A stretch of 64,000 nucleotides of DNA from Armatimonadota bacterium (GCA_038207085.1 JBBRAE010000006.1:88184-152183), one strand, 5' to 3'; shown: positions 9,976 to 19,520, counted from the first letter of the stretch. Notes: a model not told the origin generated them from the sequence alone. Translations and numbers: made by a program.

Positions 9976-10404
9976 GTGGCACTGAATGTCCTGGTGGTGG
10001 ACGACAGTCTGGTGATGAGATCGATGATAATCAAGACACTGCGCTTGAGCGGTATACCGCTTGGGGATGTGCTTCAGGCGTCAAATGGCGCTGAGGGGCT
10101 CGCGGTGCTTGATGAGAGCTGGATCGACCTGGCCCTGGTTGACATAAACATGCCCGTGATGAACGGGGAGGAGATGATCGACCGGGTGAGGCAGAACCCT
10201 GCGACGGCGGACCTGCCTGTGGTCGTAATCTCAACCGAAAGCAGCGAGACCCGCATTGAGCTGCTTCAAAGAAAAGGCGCGGGGTTTGTACACAAGCCCT
10301 TTACCCCCGAGATACTGCGGGAGAAGATAATTAACATAACTGGAGTCAGCGATGATTGCACATTCGGCGAAGGATCCGTGCAGAGCGACGGCTGCGACTT
10401 TTGA
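9976..10404 (+). CDS. CheY-like single-domain response regulator
   Basis: VVDDS, DINMP, ST and KPF receiver motifs. Confidence 0.92.
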   Translation: MALNVLVVDDSLVMRSMIIKTLRLSGIPLGDVLQASNGAEGLAVLDESWIDLALVDINMPVMNGEEMIDRVRQNPATADLPVVVISTESSETRIELLQRKGAGFVHKPFTPEILREKIINITGVSDDCTFGEGSVQSDGCDF

Positions 10405-10565
10405 GTAGCTTGGGTTTCTTTACCCAAGCCCCGATATAGACGCCGAGCCGATACCGACTGCGAGGCGGTCGCAGGAGTGACGTTTTCCGGCCCGGTGAGC
10501 CGGCGGCCTCTGTGCGGCTGTCGCTTGATGAGGGGCAGGCCGACGTGAAGCTCTGCGTAGAGCGT
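10352..10565 (+). pseudogene. cheX: degenerate CheX-like phosphatase gene
   Basis: ATG 10352 overlapping the receiver gene reads ...AATFE*LGFLYPSP (TAG at 10406); other frames give GVTFSGPVS and LDEGQADVKL; pieces resemble CheX-family proteins from memory, central part apparently missing. Confidence 0.6.
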
Positions 10566-10632
10566 CCGATCTATTTTCTTCACTTCGTAAAGGCCGGTGT
10601 TCGTCCCGGCCATTTTATTGTACGCCCCCGGA

Positions 10633-10658
10633 GGGCGGACACATTGGTCCGCCCCTAC
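10633..10658 (-). repeat. GTAG-type REP-like palindrome, copy 1
   Basis: minus strand GTAGGGGCGGACCAATGTGTCCGCCC; related copies at 16497 and 35267. Confidence 0.8.
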
Positions 10659-10673
10659 GTTCCCCAAACTAGC

Positions 10674-10693
10674 CTGGCACGGGAATTGCTGTA
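10674..10693 (+). promoter_or_regulatory. sigma-54 (-24/-12) promoter for the TIGR02530-like gene and flgE
   Basis: CTGGCACGGGAATTGCTGTA matches TGGCAC-N5-TTGC exactly. Confidence 0.85.
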
Positions 10694-10791
10694 ATAGACC
10701 CGAGGCGAATGGACCGCGTTTGTGATGCGAACAAGACAAGCATCAAACGCTCGATCAGACGGGCGAAATCTACTATGCGCGGTGGTGAGGC

Positions 10792-11169
10792 ATGATAAAC
10801 AGAGTTAACCTCACAAGTCCAATACGGAGCGTTCAAGGTGGGGCACAAACTCCCAACGGCACTTCCAAGCCGGGGAACTTTGCCGCAACACTTGCACGCG
10901 AGACAGAGCGGCAGCAGTCGCTCAAGATATCCTCTCACGCCCAAAAGCGCCTCAACTCGTCTCAGGTGACGCTTAGTGACCAGGACATGCAGCGGATCGA
11001 CGGAGCGGTTAGCCGGGCCGGTGAAAAGGGCTCAAACCAGTCGCTGATCATGCTCGACAACCTGGCGCTTGTAGTGAGCGTCAAGAACCGTGTCGTCATC
11101 ACGGCGGTCGACGAGGCGCGTCAAAGCGAGGGAGTATTCACAAATATCGACAGCGTGGTTATCGCTTAG
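10792..11169 (+). CDS. flagellar operon protein (TIGR02530-like)
   Basis: SSHAQKRL, ALVVSVKNRVVITA and VFTNIDSVVI motifs; precedes flgE. Confidence 0.88.
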   Translation: MINRVNLTSPIRSVQGGAQTPNGTSKPGNFAATLARETERQQSLKISSHAQKRLNSSQVTLSDQDMQRIDGAVSRAGEKGSNQSLIMLDNLALVVSVKNRVVITAVDEARQSEGVFTNIDSVVIA

Positions 11170-11236
11170 CGAGGAGGCAGTTCAAAAACAAATTTCTTGA
11201 CAACCAGCTCAGGGCAGGATGATCCCAGAGCCAGAT

Positions 11237-11319
11237 GAGCCGGACCTCGAACGAGGAGGCTCCGCGCATGGCCGCTACTCGGTCGGCGCAAAATGAGTAG
11301 GGTCTGATACTTCAGGCCC
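11237..11319 (+). promoter_or_regulatory. structured flgE leader (three hairpins)
   Basis: GAGCC-gga-CCTC-gaac-GAGG-a-GGCTC; CTACTC/GAGTAG; GGGTCTGA/TCAGGCCC just before the GGAGG RBS. Confidence 0.45.
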
Positions 11320-11343
11320 AAATCCATGGAGGTCAATTAACAA

Positions 11344-12606
11344 ATGATTCAGGCGATGTATAACAGCGTTTCCGGTCTGCGGGCGCATAAGCAGGAGATG
11401 GACGTTATCGCGAACAATATCGCGAACGTAAATACAGTCGGCTTCAAATCGAGCCGAGCTACATTCAAAGAAATGCTGAGTGAAACTCTAAGAGGCGCAA
11501 CAGCCCCTAAGGCAAACTCCGCAGGTGGCTCGGTCGGTGGAACCAACCCCGTGCAGGTTGGTCTTGGAACCACTATCGGTTCTATCGATTCCAACATGAC
11601 GCAGGGGTCGCTCCTGGCAACAGGCAAACCCACCGACGTCGCAATTGAAGGCAACGGCTTTCTGATGCTTGGAGACGGTGTTGGGAAATACTACACAAGA
11701 GACGGCGCGTTCCAGCTTGACGCAGAAGGCAACGTGGTCGCAGCGGGCTCGGGGCTTAAGGTTCTGGGGTGGAGCGCCGACCCGACAACGGGCATCATCG
11801 ATGATACCCAGCCGATCACCCCGAGCACGGGGCTCAAACTGCAGGTCGGACACCTTGCGATGGCAAGACAGACCTCGGAGATGGCATTCAGCGGAAACCT
11901 GAACTCTTCGACTCCTGCAGGTGAGATATACGCGACAGGCGCACAGATCTACGACTCGCTCGGCACGCGCCATAACCTGAACATCAAGTTTACCAAGCTC
12001 GGCGGGCCAGGCCAGTGGTTCTGGGAGGCGACAAGTCCCGACCAGGCCGTTGGGTCGACCGCAGGAAACGGCACCATTTCGTTTGGCGCCGACGGCCGCT
12101 GTCTTACCGGGAGTGGGTCGGCCGTTCTTACCCTCGCAAACGCCAACGGAGCGGTGAACCCGCTTCGCGTCGCTCTTGATTTTTCGCCGATGAAACAGCT
12201 TTCCGGTGACGCTACGGCAAGTCCTACTTCCCAGGATGGTTTGTCCCTGGGTGTTCTTGCGAGTTTTTCGGTTGGTAAGGACGGAGTCGTCTCCGGTATG
12301 TTTACCAACGGTCTTACACAGAAGCTGGCGAAAATCGCCCTTGCTCAGTTCAGCAACCCTGCAGGTCTCGCAAGGTCCGGTAACAACCAGCTCACAGAAA
12401 CAAGCAACTCCGGCCTGCCGCAGATAGGTCAGCCTGGAGCGGGAAGCCTTGGAGCCATAGCCGCAGGCTTCCTTGAGTCATCGAATGTCGACCTGCCAAC
12501 GGAGTTCGCCAACATGATCGTCGCACAGCGCGGCTTCCAGGCAAACTCACGAGTCATCACGACATCAGATGAACTCCTCCAGGAACTGGTTCAGCTGAAG
12601 CGGTAA
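11344..12606 (+). CDS. flgE: flagellar hook protein FlgE
   Basis: ANNIANVNTVGFK, YTRDGAF and LESSNVDL...AQRGFQANSR motifs. Confidence 0.97.
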   Translation: MIQAMYNSVSGLRAHKQEMDVIANNIANVNTVGFKSSRATFKEMLSETLRGATAPKANSAGGSVGGTNPVQVGLGTTIGSIDSNMTQGSLLATGKPTDVAIEGNGFLMLGDGVGKYYTRDGAFQLDAEGNVVAAGSGLKVLGWSADPTTGIIDDTQPITPSTGLKLQVGHLAMARQTSEMAFSGNLNSSTPAGEIYATGAQIYDSLGTRHNLNIKFTKLGGPGQWFWEATSPDQAVGSTAGNGTISFGADGRCLTGSGSAVLTLANANGAVNPLRVALDFSPMKQLSGDATASPTSQDGLSLGVLASFSVGKDGVVSGMFTNGLTQKLAKIALAQFSNPAGLARSGNNQLTETSNSGLPQIGQPGAGSLGAIAAGFLESSNVDLPTEFANMIVAQRGFQANSRVITTSDELLQELVQLKR

Positions 12607-12616
12607 TAGCCGCCTT

Positions 12617-12651
12617 GAGTAGCCCGCCTCGGGTGCGGGCTACTCTATTTT
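12617..12651 (+). terminator. hairpin/terminator after flgE
   Basis: GAGTAGCCCGC/GCGGGCTACTC stem followed by TATTTT. Confidence 0.7.
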
Positions 12652-12664
12652 AAAGGAATATCTG

Positions 12665-12883
12665 ATGATACATGTTCATCTACTCAACGATAACAAGATA
12701 GTGCTTAACTCCGACCTGATCGAGATGATCGAGGCGACGCCGGACACGGTAATATCGCTTTCGACTGGCAAAAAGGTGATAATTCGGGAGTCGGTGGAGG
12801 AGTTGATCTCTATGGTGGTCGAATATCGCAAAATGCTCACTCGGCCTATCGAGGAGCGCTGCCAAGAGAAGAAGGCCGCTTAA
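12665..12883 (+). CDS. flbD: flagellar protein FlbD (SwrD family)
   Basis: LNSDLIEMIEATPDTVISL motif; lies between flgE and motA. Confidence 0.92.
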   Translation: MIHVHLLNDNKIVLNSDLIEMIEATPDTVISLSTGKKVIIRESVEELISMVVEYRKMLTRPIEERCQEKKAA

Positions 12884-12888
12884 GACTT

Positions 12889-13677
12889 ATGGACTTCGCA
12901 ACAATAATCGGACTAATTCTTGCATGGGGCGCGCTTACCGTTGCGCTTGTGATGGAAGGTGGCAAGGCTGATACTCTGATCAATCCTTCGGCGCTCATTC
13001 TGGTGCTCGGTGGGACGGTCGGGGCTACGCTCGTGTCGTTCTCGATCAAGCAAGTCGGCAGCCTGCCCTCTATTGTGAGGAACGCGTTCTTCACCGAGGA
13101 CAGTGACCCGGCGCAGGTCATCAGGATGATGGTGGCCTTCGCAAGGCGCGCGCGGCGCGACGGGATCCTGGCCCTTGAAGAAGAGGTTCGCCGCGTCGAC
13201 AACCGTTTTCTTCGCAAAGGCGTGCGGCTGGTGATCGATGGGACCCCCTCTGAGATGGTGCGGGAGATCCTTGAGACCGAGATCGTGTCGCTTCAGGAAC
13301 GGCACAAAGTGGGCGAGCAGATGTTTTCTACAATGGGAGGCTTTGCGCCGACCCTTGGGATCATCGGCACTGTCATGGGCCTCATCCATATGCTTAACAA
13401 CCTGAACGAGCCTGCGAAAATGGGCCCGGCTATAGCGACCGCGTTTGTCGCGACGCTCTACGGTGTTGCGCTCGCGAACCTGGTATTTTTGCCTATATCA
13501 GCTAAGCTCAAAGTAAGGACGAGCGAGGAAATTCTTTCCTACGATATGATGCTTGAAGGGATTCTTTCGATCCAAGCCGGGGACAACCCCCGTATGGTCG
13601 AGACCAAGATGCTTGCTTATCTGCCGCCGAAGTTGCGATGGGAGATGGTGAGCAAGGACGTGGCAAAGGCGGCTTAG
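12889..13677 (+). CDS. motA: flagellar stator protein MotA
   Basis: ARRDGILALE, APTLGIIGTVMGLI and AFVATLYG motifs. Confidence 0.96.
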   Translation: MDFATIIGLILAWGALTVALVMEGGKADTLINPSALILVLGGTVGATLVSFSIKQVGSLPSIVRNAFFTEDSDPAQVIRMMVAFARRARRDGILALEEEVRRVDNRFLRKGVRLVIDGTPSEMVREILETEIVSLQERHKVGEQMFSTMGGFAPTLGIIGTVMGLIHMLNNLNEPAKMGPAIATAFVATLYGVALANLVFLPISAKLKVRTSEEILSYDMMLEGILSIQAGDNPRMVETKMLAYLPPKLRWEMVSKDVAKAA

Positions 13678-13678
13678 A

Positions 13679-14419
13679 TTGGCGCGGCGAGTGAGAGATT
13701 TCGGTGATACAGGAGGGCACGACGGTGGAGGATCACTTCGCTGGCTGCTCACTTACGCCGATATGATCACGCTTCTGATGGCGTTTTTTATAATGCTCTA
13801 CTCGATGTCGGTGATCAATATGAACAGGTTTCGGCAGGTCGCCGTATCGATCAAGAGCGGGTTCGGAGGCACCGGAAACGCTGAAGGCAAGTCGGGCAAG
13901 GCGAGTGGGTTCAAGCTCGATGGCCTGGAGATTCGTGACGGGGTCGCCGGAGTCCCCTGGAGTGTGGTCCGCAAGATACAGAAGCGGGTGGAAGCCAAGG
14001 GGCTCGAGAAATACGTGAAGTTCAGGGGCGACGAGCGCGGGCTGATAGTCAGTCTCGCGACGGACAAGGTGCTCTTTCCGAAGGGTCAGGCGGAGCTATC
14101 GCCAAAAGCTCTGCAGATCATAGATGCGGTCGCCGATGCGGTGCGCGGGATACCGAACACTATAAGCGTCGAGGGCCACACCTGCGATTTGCCGGTGGTA
14201 AGCGAGAAATACCCATCGAACTGGGAGCTTTCGACCTCGCGGGCGACCGCGGTGGTGCGCCACTTCGTGGAGGAAGCGTGGATATCGCCGGAGCGCCTCA
14301 GCGCCGCGGGATACGCCGACAGCAAACCGCTTGTGCCGAACACGTCGGAAAAGAATCGGTCTTTGAACCGAAGAGTAGACATAATAATTCTAAACTCCGG
14401 TTATCCGGGTGAAAGGTGA
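13679..14419 (+). CDS. motB: flagellar stator protein MotB
   Basis: WLLTYADMITLLMAFF TM segment; OmpA-like domain with NWELS and NRRVDI. Confidence 0.96.
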   Translation: MARRVRDFGDTGGHDGGGSLRWLLTYADMITLLMAFFIMLYSMSVINMNRFRQVAVSIKSGFGGTGNAEGKSGKASGFKLDGLEIRDGVAGVPWSVVRKIQKRVEAKGLEKYVKFRGDERGLIVSLATDKVLFPKGQAELSPKALQIIDAVADAVRGIPNTISVEGHTCDLPVVSEKYPSNWELSTSRATAVVRHFVEEAWISPERLSAAGYADSKPLVPNTSEKNRSLNRRVDIIILNSGYPGER

Positions 14420-14892
14420 ATACAGTGAATCTGCTGAGAAGTAGGTCAGGCAAATTGCCGATCTTGATCATCATTATCCTCGGCGTTGTGCTCGTCGGAG
14501 GGCTTGGGGTGGTTAAGGTGATGAAGGGCAAAAAGCACGGGAAGCCCGAGAAGAAGCCGGTTGAACTCACTCTTTGGAAGATGGAGGAGTTTACCGTAAA
14601 CCTAGCCGACAGTGACGAGCCCCACTACCTCAAGATCAACATGGTAGCAGAGATCGAGGGCAAGAAGGAAGAGGCAGCAAAGGGCGGCCACGGAGGAGAG
14701 AGTGAGGCCTCGCCGGTCGATATCAAGGCCAGCGATATCGTGATCTCTGTTCTTAGTGCAAAGTATTTTGAAGAACTGCTCACCGAAAAAGGCAAGGACA
14801 AGCTCAAAAGCGACTTGATCAAAAATCTGAACAAGTCAGTGCCGGGCGTCAAAGTGACGAACGTTTACTTTACATCATTTGCGATGCAATAA
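14416..14892 (+). CDS. fliL: flagellar basal body protein FliL
   Basis: N-terminal TM, FTVNLAD, C-terminal VYFTSFAMQ. Confidence 0.92.
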   Translation: MNTVNLLRSRSGKLPILIIIILGVVLVGGLGVVKVMKGKKHGKPEKKPVELTLWKMEEFTVNLADSDEPHYLKINMVAEIEGKKEEAAKGGHGGESEASPVDIKASDIVISVLSAKYFEELLTEKGKDKLKSDLIKNLNKSVPGVKVTNVYFTSFAMQ

Positions 14893-15000
14893 TCGCGATA
14901 TTCACCTCCGTGGTCCTAATGGGCCACTCCCAGAGGCTGGCGCAGTAGCGCCACCAGGTGATGGCGCTAACTGCGCCGTTGGACTGATAGGTTGTATATT

Positions 15001-16023
15001 ATGTCAACTGCAGAAAACCTGTCGCAAGAAGAGATTATAGAGCTGGAGCAAGCCTTCGTGGCTAATGCGGCCCAGGCGAGCGACCGCACGGAGCGGGAAG
15101 TGCGTTCTTACGACTTCCTGCATCCGGACAAGCTGTCGAAGTCGCACCAGAGGGTGCTGCAATATATTCTATCCGGCCTTGATAAGTCGTGGAGCTCCAC
15201 ATTGTCTTCGTCGCTTCGCAAAGAGGTGATCGTGGAGCTGAGGTCGATCGAGCAGGCCAGCTTTTCGAGCTACTCGGAGTCATGCCAGAGTCCTGGAATG
15301 ACGGTTGCGGTCAAGATTGAGCCACTCTCGGTGACGGCGCTCTTTGATTATCCTGCGGCGTTTGCCCTTGGGATGGTCGATCGGTTGAGCGGCGGCAAAG
15401 GGAAGTGGCCCGGAGATCCGCGGTCGCTCACAGCGATGGAGGAGAAAATCCTCAAGAAGCTCGTTGGGCGAATGACCGAAGACTTTGCCAGGGTGTGGCG
15501 TCCGGTAGTGAGCATCGAATGCGAGGTGTCGGCTTTTCACCGTTCTCATGAGGACGTTGGGCTTGGTGAGGAGACTATGGTGCTTGTTGCGGGGTTTTCA
15601 GTCGGGATCGGCTACAACGAGCACAGGGTGAACCTCGCGATTCCGATGAGCGGTTTTGACTCGATTCGTGACAATCTGACGCCCGAGAACTGGGCAAGAA
15701 GCGAGATTGCTGCGGCGTCGTCGACTCCGACGGTTGTGCCCGGCGCGCCGATTTCGAATTTGCTTGGGCCGATCTCCATGCAGGCGGAGGTGGAGCTTGG
15801 CCGGGCCACTGTGACGATGCAGGACTTGCTCGGGATTGCCGTAGGCGATGTGATCCGTCTGGACCGCGGGGTGGAAGACCACCTGGAGGTGCGGGTCGGC
15901 AGGCAGCACAAGTTTTGGGGAGTTCCGGGGATGTCGGGCGCGAAAATGGCGATCCGAATCACCGAAACCGTGCGCGATGAAGATGCCCGCGCAGACCTGG
16001 TGCAGAGTTTGGTTAGTGAATAG
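15001..16023 (+). CDS. fliM: flagellar motor switch protein FliM
   Basis: LSQEEI CheY-binding motif, YDFLHPDKLSK, C-terminal SpoA domain. Confidence 0.93.
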   Translation: MSTAENLSQEEIIELEQAFVANAAQASDRTEREVRSYDFLHPDKLSKSHQRVLQYILSGLDKSWSSTLSSSLRKEVIVELRSIEQASFSSYSESCQSPGMTVAVKIEPLSVTALFDYPAAFALGMVDRLSGGKGKWPGDPRSLTAMEEKILKKLVGRMTEDFARVWRPVVSIECEVSAFHRSHEDVGLGEETMVLVAGFSVGIGYNEHRVNLAIPMSGFDSIRDNLTPENWARSEIAAASSTPTVVPGAPISNLLGPISMQAEVELGRATVTMQDLLGIAVGDVIRLDRGVEDHLEVRVGRQHKFWGVPGMSGAKMAIRITETVRDEDARADLVQSLVSE

Positions 16024-16051
16024 TTTTTTAACCGAAAGGAAGTTGCAACAC

Positions 16052-16453
16052 ATGAGACGCTCTTCAAGTGAAGCGGAAACGCCCGATATGGATACGATGG
16101 AACACGTCGACCTGACCGCGGTAGACGGTGGACAGGCCCCAGCAGTGAAAACGGCGAAGTTTGCACAGATGGATACCCCTGTAGCTTCTACGTCGTCGAA
16201 CACGATGGACCTGTTGCTTGATGTTCAGCTCGAACTAAGCGTCGAGCTTGGACGTGCGGCGCTGTCTGTCAAAGATGTGCTTGGGATGGGGCCGGGGTCT
16301 GTAATCGAGCTCGATAAGCTCGGGGGCGAGCCGGTAGATATTCTCGTGAACGGCAAGATGATCGGGCGGGGCGAAGTAGTCGTTGTAGACGAAAACTTCG
16401 GGGTGCGCGTGACCGAGATTGTGAGCAAAGGCGGCGCGTCTGTGGCAGAGTAG
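16052..16453 (+). CDS. fliN: flagellar motor switch protein FliN
   Basis: LLLDVQLELSVELGR and GEVVVVDENFGVRVTEI motifs; start codon uncertain. Confidence 0.93.
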   Translation: MRRSSSEAETPDMDTMEHVDLTAVDGGQAPAVKTAKFAQMDTPVASTSSNTMDLLLDVQLELSVELGRAALSVKDVLGMGPGSVIELDKLGGEPVDILVNGKMIGRGEVVVVDENFGVRVTEIVSKGGASVAE

Positions 16454-16496
16454 GTAGCGTTACTGAACATCGATTCTTGGGTGGTGTGCCGGAGAA

Positions 16497-16522
16497 GGGC
16501 AGACACATTGGTCTGCCCCTAC
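16497..16522 (-). repeat. GTAG-type REP-like palindrome, copy 2
   Basis: GGGCAGACACATTGGTCTGCCCCTAC on the plus strand; compensatory stem change relative to copy 1. Confidence 0.8.
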
Positions 16523-16640
16523 GGAGACACTCGCATTGTCTGAATATCGGTAGAACAACTGAATAATGGATCCAGTCCGACGGTGCTACGTAGCGCCGTC
16601 TGCATAGCTGCGTAAGTTTCGACTGACGTGGCGCGGAAGG

Positions 16641-16660
16641 CTGGCACGGTAATTGCTGTA
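16641..16660 (+). promoter_or_regulatory. sigma-54 (-24/-12) promoter for the fliO-fliA block
   Basis: CTGGCACGGTAATTGCTGTA; 19/20 identical to the site at 10674. Confidence 0.85.
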
Positions 16661-16722
16661 TAAAGCGCGTCCGTGCCCTTTCGGCGCATCGGACATCATT
16701 TGAGTTGGAAGAGGAACTACTG

Positions 16723-17700
16723 ATGTCGAGACGAATTACAGCAGCTATGGGTGCAATTGCCGTCGCTCTGGCGGCAAGCGCAGCGGTTGCCCAGAACCCC
16801 GGTGGGGGATGGATCTCAGCCGTTTCAGGGAAGGCCAAAGTCGCCTCGCCCGTGCAGCCAACACCTGTCAAGTCCGACAGAATAGTGAAAGAGCAGGCAA
16901 AGCCCGCTCCCAAGGTGGAAAGCGTCGCTACTTCAACCCAGCCGGCGCGAGCGATTGAGCCAGCCGAAAAAGAAGCAACTACACCCTCACCAATCCATGC
17001 GCGCGTGGGGAAAAAGACCACACCTGTGGCCAAAACTCCCCACATCCGCCGCGCGGAGCCTCAGAAGAGACTTCAAGTTTCGGGTCCGGTCGAGAAAATC
17101 GAGCATAGCGCCCAAGTCGCCCAGATCACTGAGACCGCGCCCAAGCCTTCCGCCAAACTTGCCGCTCCCTCCTACAACAGGGGAGACCGGCCTGACATGA
17201 TGGTTGCCGTTGCCCGGGAAGAAAACCTCGCCAAATCAGCCAAGAGCGAAAAACAGAGCGTCACAGCTATGGCGCTTTCGATGATCGCCAAGCTCGCCGT
17301 GGTCCTTGCGCTTGCGTATCTCACGGTGAGGGTGATCAAATGGTTCTCCGACCGCAAAGACGCCGTCCCAAGTGTGCGCCGCGACATGAAGATCGTCGAC
17401 ACCATCAAGCTCTCGAACACCAACAGCGTCCACATGATAAGCGTCAAGGGCAAGACGATTCTCGTTGGTTGCTCATCGGGGCAGGTCAGCCTGCTCGGTG
17501 AGTTTGAAGGCGAGGAAGTCCCCGAAATCCAAGAATCGGGCGACAACAGGTTTGCCGATTATCTTCTGAAATACTCCGGCGGAAGCGCAGAGAAGACCCC
17601 GGCGGGCCGGATGGCCGGATTGCTCAGGGACTGCAGCACCTATCTTCGCACCAGAGGCCTCGACGGCAGGACAGGCGAGGAGGCCCTCGATGAGGCCTAA
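16723..17700 (+). CDS. fliO: flagellar biosynthesis protein FliO with long N-terminal extension
   Basis: signal peptide, P/A/K-rich region, TM segment, then MKIVDTIKL...ILVGCS FliO-like core; overlaps fliP. Confidence 0.8.
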   Translation: MSRRITAAMGAIAVALAASAAVAQNPGGGWISAVSGKAKVASPVQPTPVKSDRIVKEQAKPAPKVESVATSTQPARAIEPAEKEATTPSPIHARVGKKTTPVAKTPHIRRAEPQKRLQVSGPVEKIEHSAQVAQITETAPKPSAKLAAPSYNRGDRPDMMVAVAREENLAKSAKSEKQSVTAMALSMIAKLAVVLALAYLTVRVIKWFSDRKDAVPSVRRDMKIVDTIKLSNTNSVHMISVKGKTILVGCSSGQVSLLGEFEGEEVPEIQESGDNRFADYLLKYSGGSAEKTPAGRMAGLLRDCSTYLRTRGLDGRTGEEALDEA

Positions 17701-18436
17701 GCTCACTCTTTTCGCTGGAGCATTCCTTGCGCTCTCTTGCGCGGCTGCCAACGCTCAGAACGGGATACCGAAGCTGAACATCGGGATTGAGGGCGGTAAG
17801 GGGACGGGGGACGTATCTTCGAGCCTTCAGATCCTGCTTGTACTGACGGTGCTTTCGCTTGCTCCGGCTATTTTGATGATGCTGACCTCGTTTACGAGGA
17901 TCATCATCGTGCTCTCGTTCACCCGAAGCGCGCTAGGCACCCAGCAGGTTCCACCGAACTCGGTGCTGATCGGACTTGCGCTGTTTCTCACGTTTTTTAC
18001 GATGGCGCCGGTGTTCAACTCGGTCAACGAGCGGGCGCTGCAGCCCTATATGCACAAGCAGGCCACCTTCGACCAGGCCATCGAGCGGGCATCGGCCCCG
18101 ATCAGGGACTTTATGTTCAGACAGGTGAAAGAGAAAGACGTCGCACTCTTCATCAGCCTCGCGAAGATCGAGCGGCCGACGTCCGAGGCCGGAGTTCCGA
18201 CCTACGTGCTCGTGCCGGCGTTTCTTGTTAGTGAGATGAGGACCGCTTTTACCATAGGGTTTTTGATATTTATACCGTTTTTGATAATCGATATGGTCGT
18301 CGCCGTTTCCCTGATGAGCATGGGAATGATGATGCTCCCGCCTGCGATGATCGCGCTGCCGTTCAAGATCCTGCTTTTTGTGCTGGTGGACGGCTGGCAT
18401 TTGATATTCAAGTCGCTGGCGCTTAGTTTTAAGTAG
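17690..18436 (+). CDS. fliP: flagellar export gate protein FliP
   Basis: [22 protein letters not shown] and FVLVDGW motifs. Confidence 0.97.
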   Translation: MRPKLTLFAGAFLALSCAAANAQNGIPKLNIGIEGGKGTGDVSSSLQILLVLTVLSLAPAILMMLTSFTRIIIVLSFTRSALGTQQVPPNSVLIGLALFLTFFTMAPVFNSVNERALQPYMHKQATFDQAIERASAPIRDFMFRQVKEKDVALFISLAKIERPTSEAGVPTYVLVPAFLVSEMRTAFTIGFLIFIPFLIIDMVVAVSLMSMGMMMLPPAMIALPFKILLFVLVDGWHLIFKSLALSFK

Positions 18437-18458
18437 CTGGCATTAGGAAGTTAGAGAG

Positions 18459-18728
18459 ATGACAGATACAACAGTTATCGATATTGGGCAGAAGGCGCTG
18501 ATTGTCACACTGACGGTCTGCGCGCCGATTCTTGGAGTTGGGTTGGTGATTGGGCTTGTAATCAGCGTGTTTCAGGCGGCGACGCAGATTCACGAGGCGA
18601 GCCTTACGTTTATCCCCAAGATGGTCGGCATTGCCGTTGCCCTCATATTTTTCGGGCCCTGGATGATCCAGCAGATAGTCTCTTACACGACGAACCTGCT
18701 GCAGAGCATCCCGACACTGGTGCGTTAA
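18459..18728 (+). CDS. fliQ: flagellar export gate protein FliQ
   Basis: FQAATQIHEASLTFIPK motif. Confidence 0.97.
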   Translation: MTDTTVIDIGQKALIVTLTVCAPILGVGLVIGLVISVFQAATQIHEASLTFIPKMVGIAVALIFFGPWMIQQIVSYTTNLLQSIPTLVR

Positions 18729-19520
18729 ATGGATATCGCCTACTTCGGAATAGCAAAGCTTGAGGTGCTGCTCCTAGTGTTCGTCCGAACAGCGGGAATA
18801 TTCACCCTTGCGCCGATATTCGGCGCCCACCAGGTGCCTTCGCAGGTGCGAGTCGGGATCGCGCTTGGGCTTGCACTTGTCTTTGTGCCGCTTGCTATGC
18901 CTGCGGCGGGTGCGGCTCCGCTTGCTTCGGATATTCCGACGATGGCGCTGTTGATCGTCAAAGAGGCGATGGTTGGGCTTGTGATAGGGTTTGTGACGAT
19001 ACTTGTGTTCTTCGCGATCGAGGCCGCGGGCGAGTTTGTCGACCTGCAGTCGGGCTTTAGCTTTGCAAGTACGGTCGACCCGGCGTTCAGCCACAATACG
19101 GCAGTGTGCGGCAGGTTCTACAATATCCTCGCCGGGCTGCTCTTCTTTGTCACAAACGCGCACTACGTGCTCCTGAGCGGTCTGGCCGACAGCTTCAGGG
19201 CGGTGCCCGTCGGAGCTTTTGAACTTAACCCCGCGGTTGTCGGTGGCGCGCTCGACCTGTTTACGGGGCTTTTTGCGATCGCGCTTCGGATAGCCGCTCC
19301 GGTGATCGCCGCGGTGTTTCTTACTGATGTTGCGATGGCGATCATCTCCCGCGCGGTGCCGCAGATGAACATTTTGATGGTCGGAATGCCCGTCAAGCTC
19401 GGCGTCGGGCTGGTCGGGATGATGATTGCGCTGCCGATCGCCGTTGCTCTAAGCCGCGACACACTCGGCAACATTCATCTATATACCAGTGGCCTGCTCA
19501 GGCTGCTTGTGGCGAGTTAG
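18729..19520 (+). CDS. fliR: flagellar export gate protein FliR
   Basis: hydrophobic; AGEFVDLQSG and RAVPQMNI motifs. Confidence 0.95.
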   Translation: MDIAYFGIAKLEVLLLVFVRTAGIFTLAPIFGAHQVPSQVRVGIALGLALVFVPLAMPAAGAAPLASDIPTMALLIVKEAMVGLVIGFVTILVFFAIEAAGEFVDLQSGFSFASTVDPAFSHNTAVCGRFYNILAGLLFFVTNAHYVLLSGLADSFRAVPVGAFELNPAVVGGALDLFTGLFAIALRIAAPVIAAVFLTDVAMAIISRAVPQMNILMVGMPVKLGVGLVGMMIALPIAVALSRDTLGNIHLYTSGLLRLLVAS

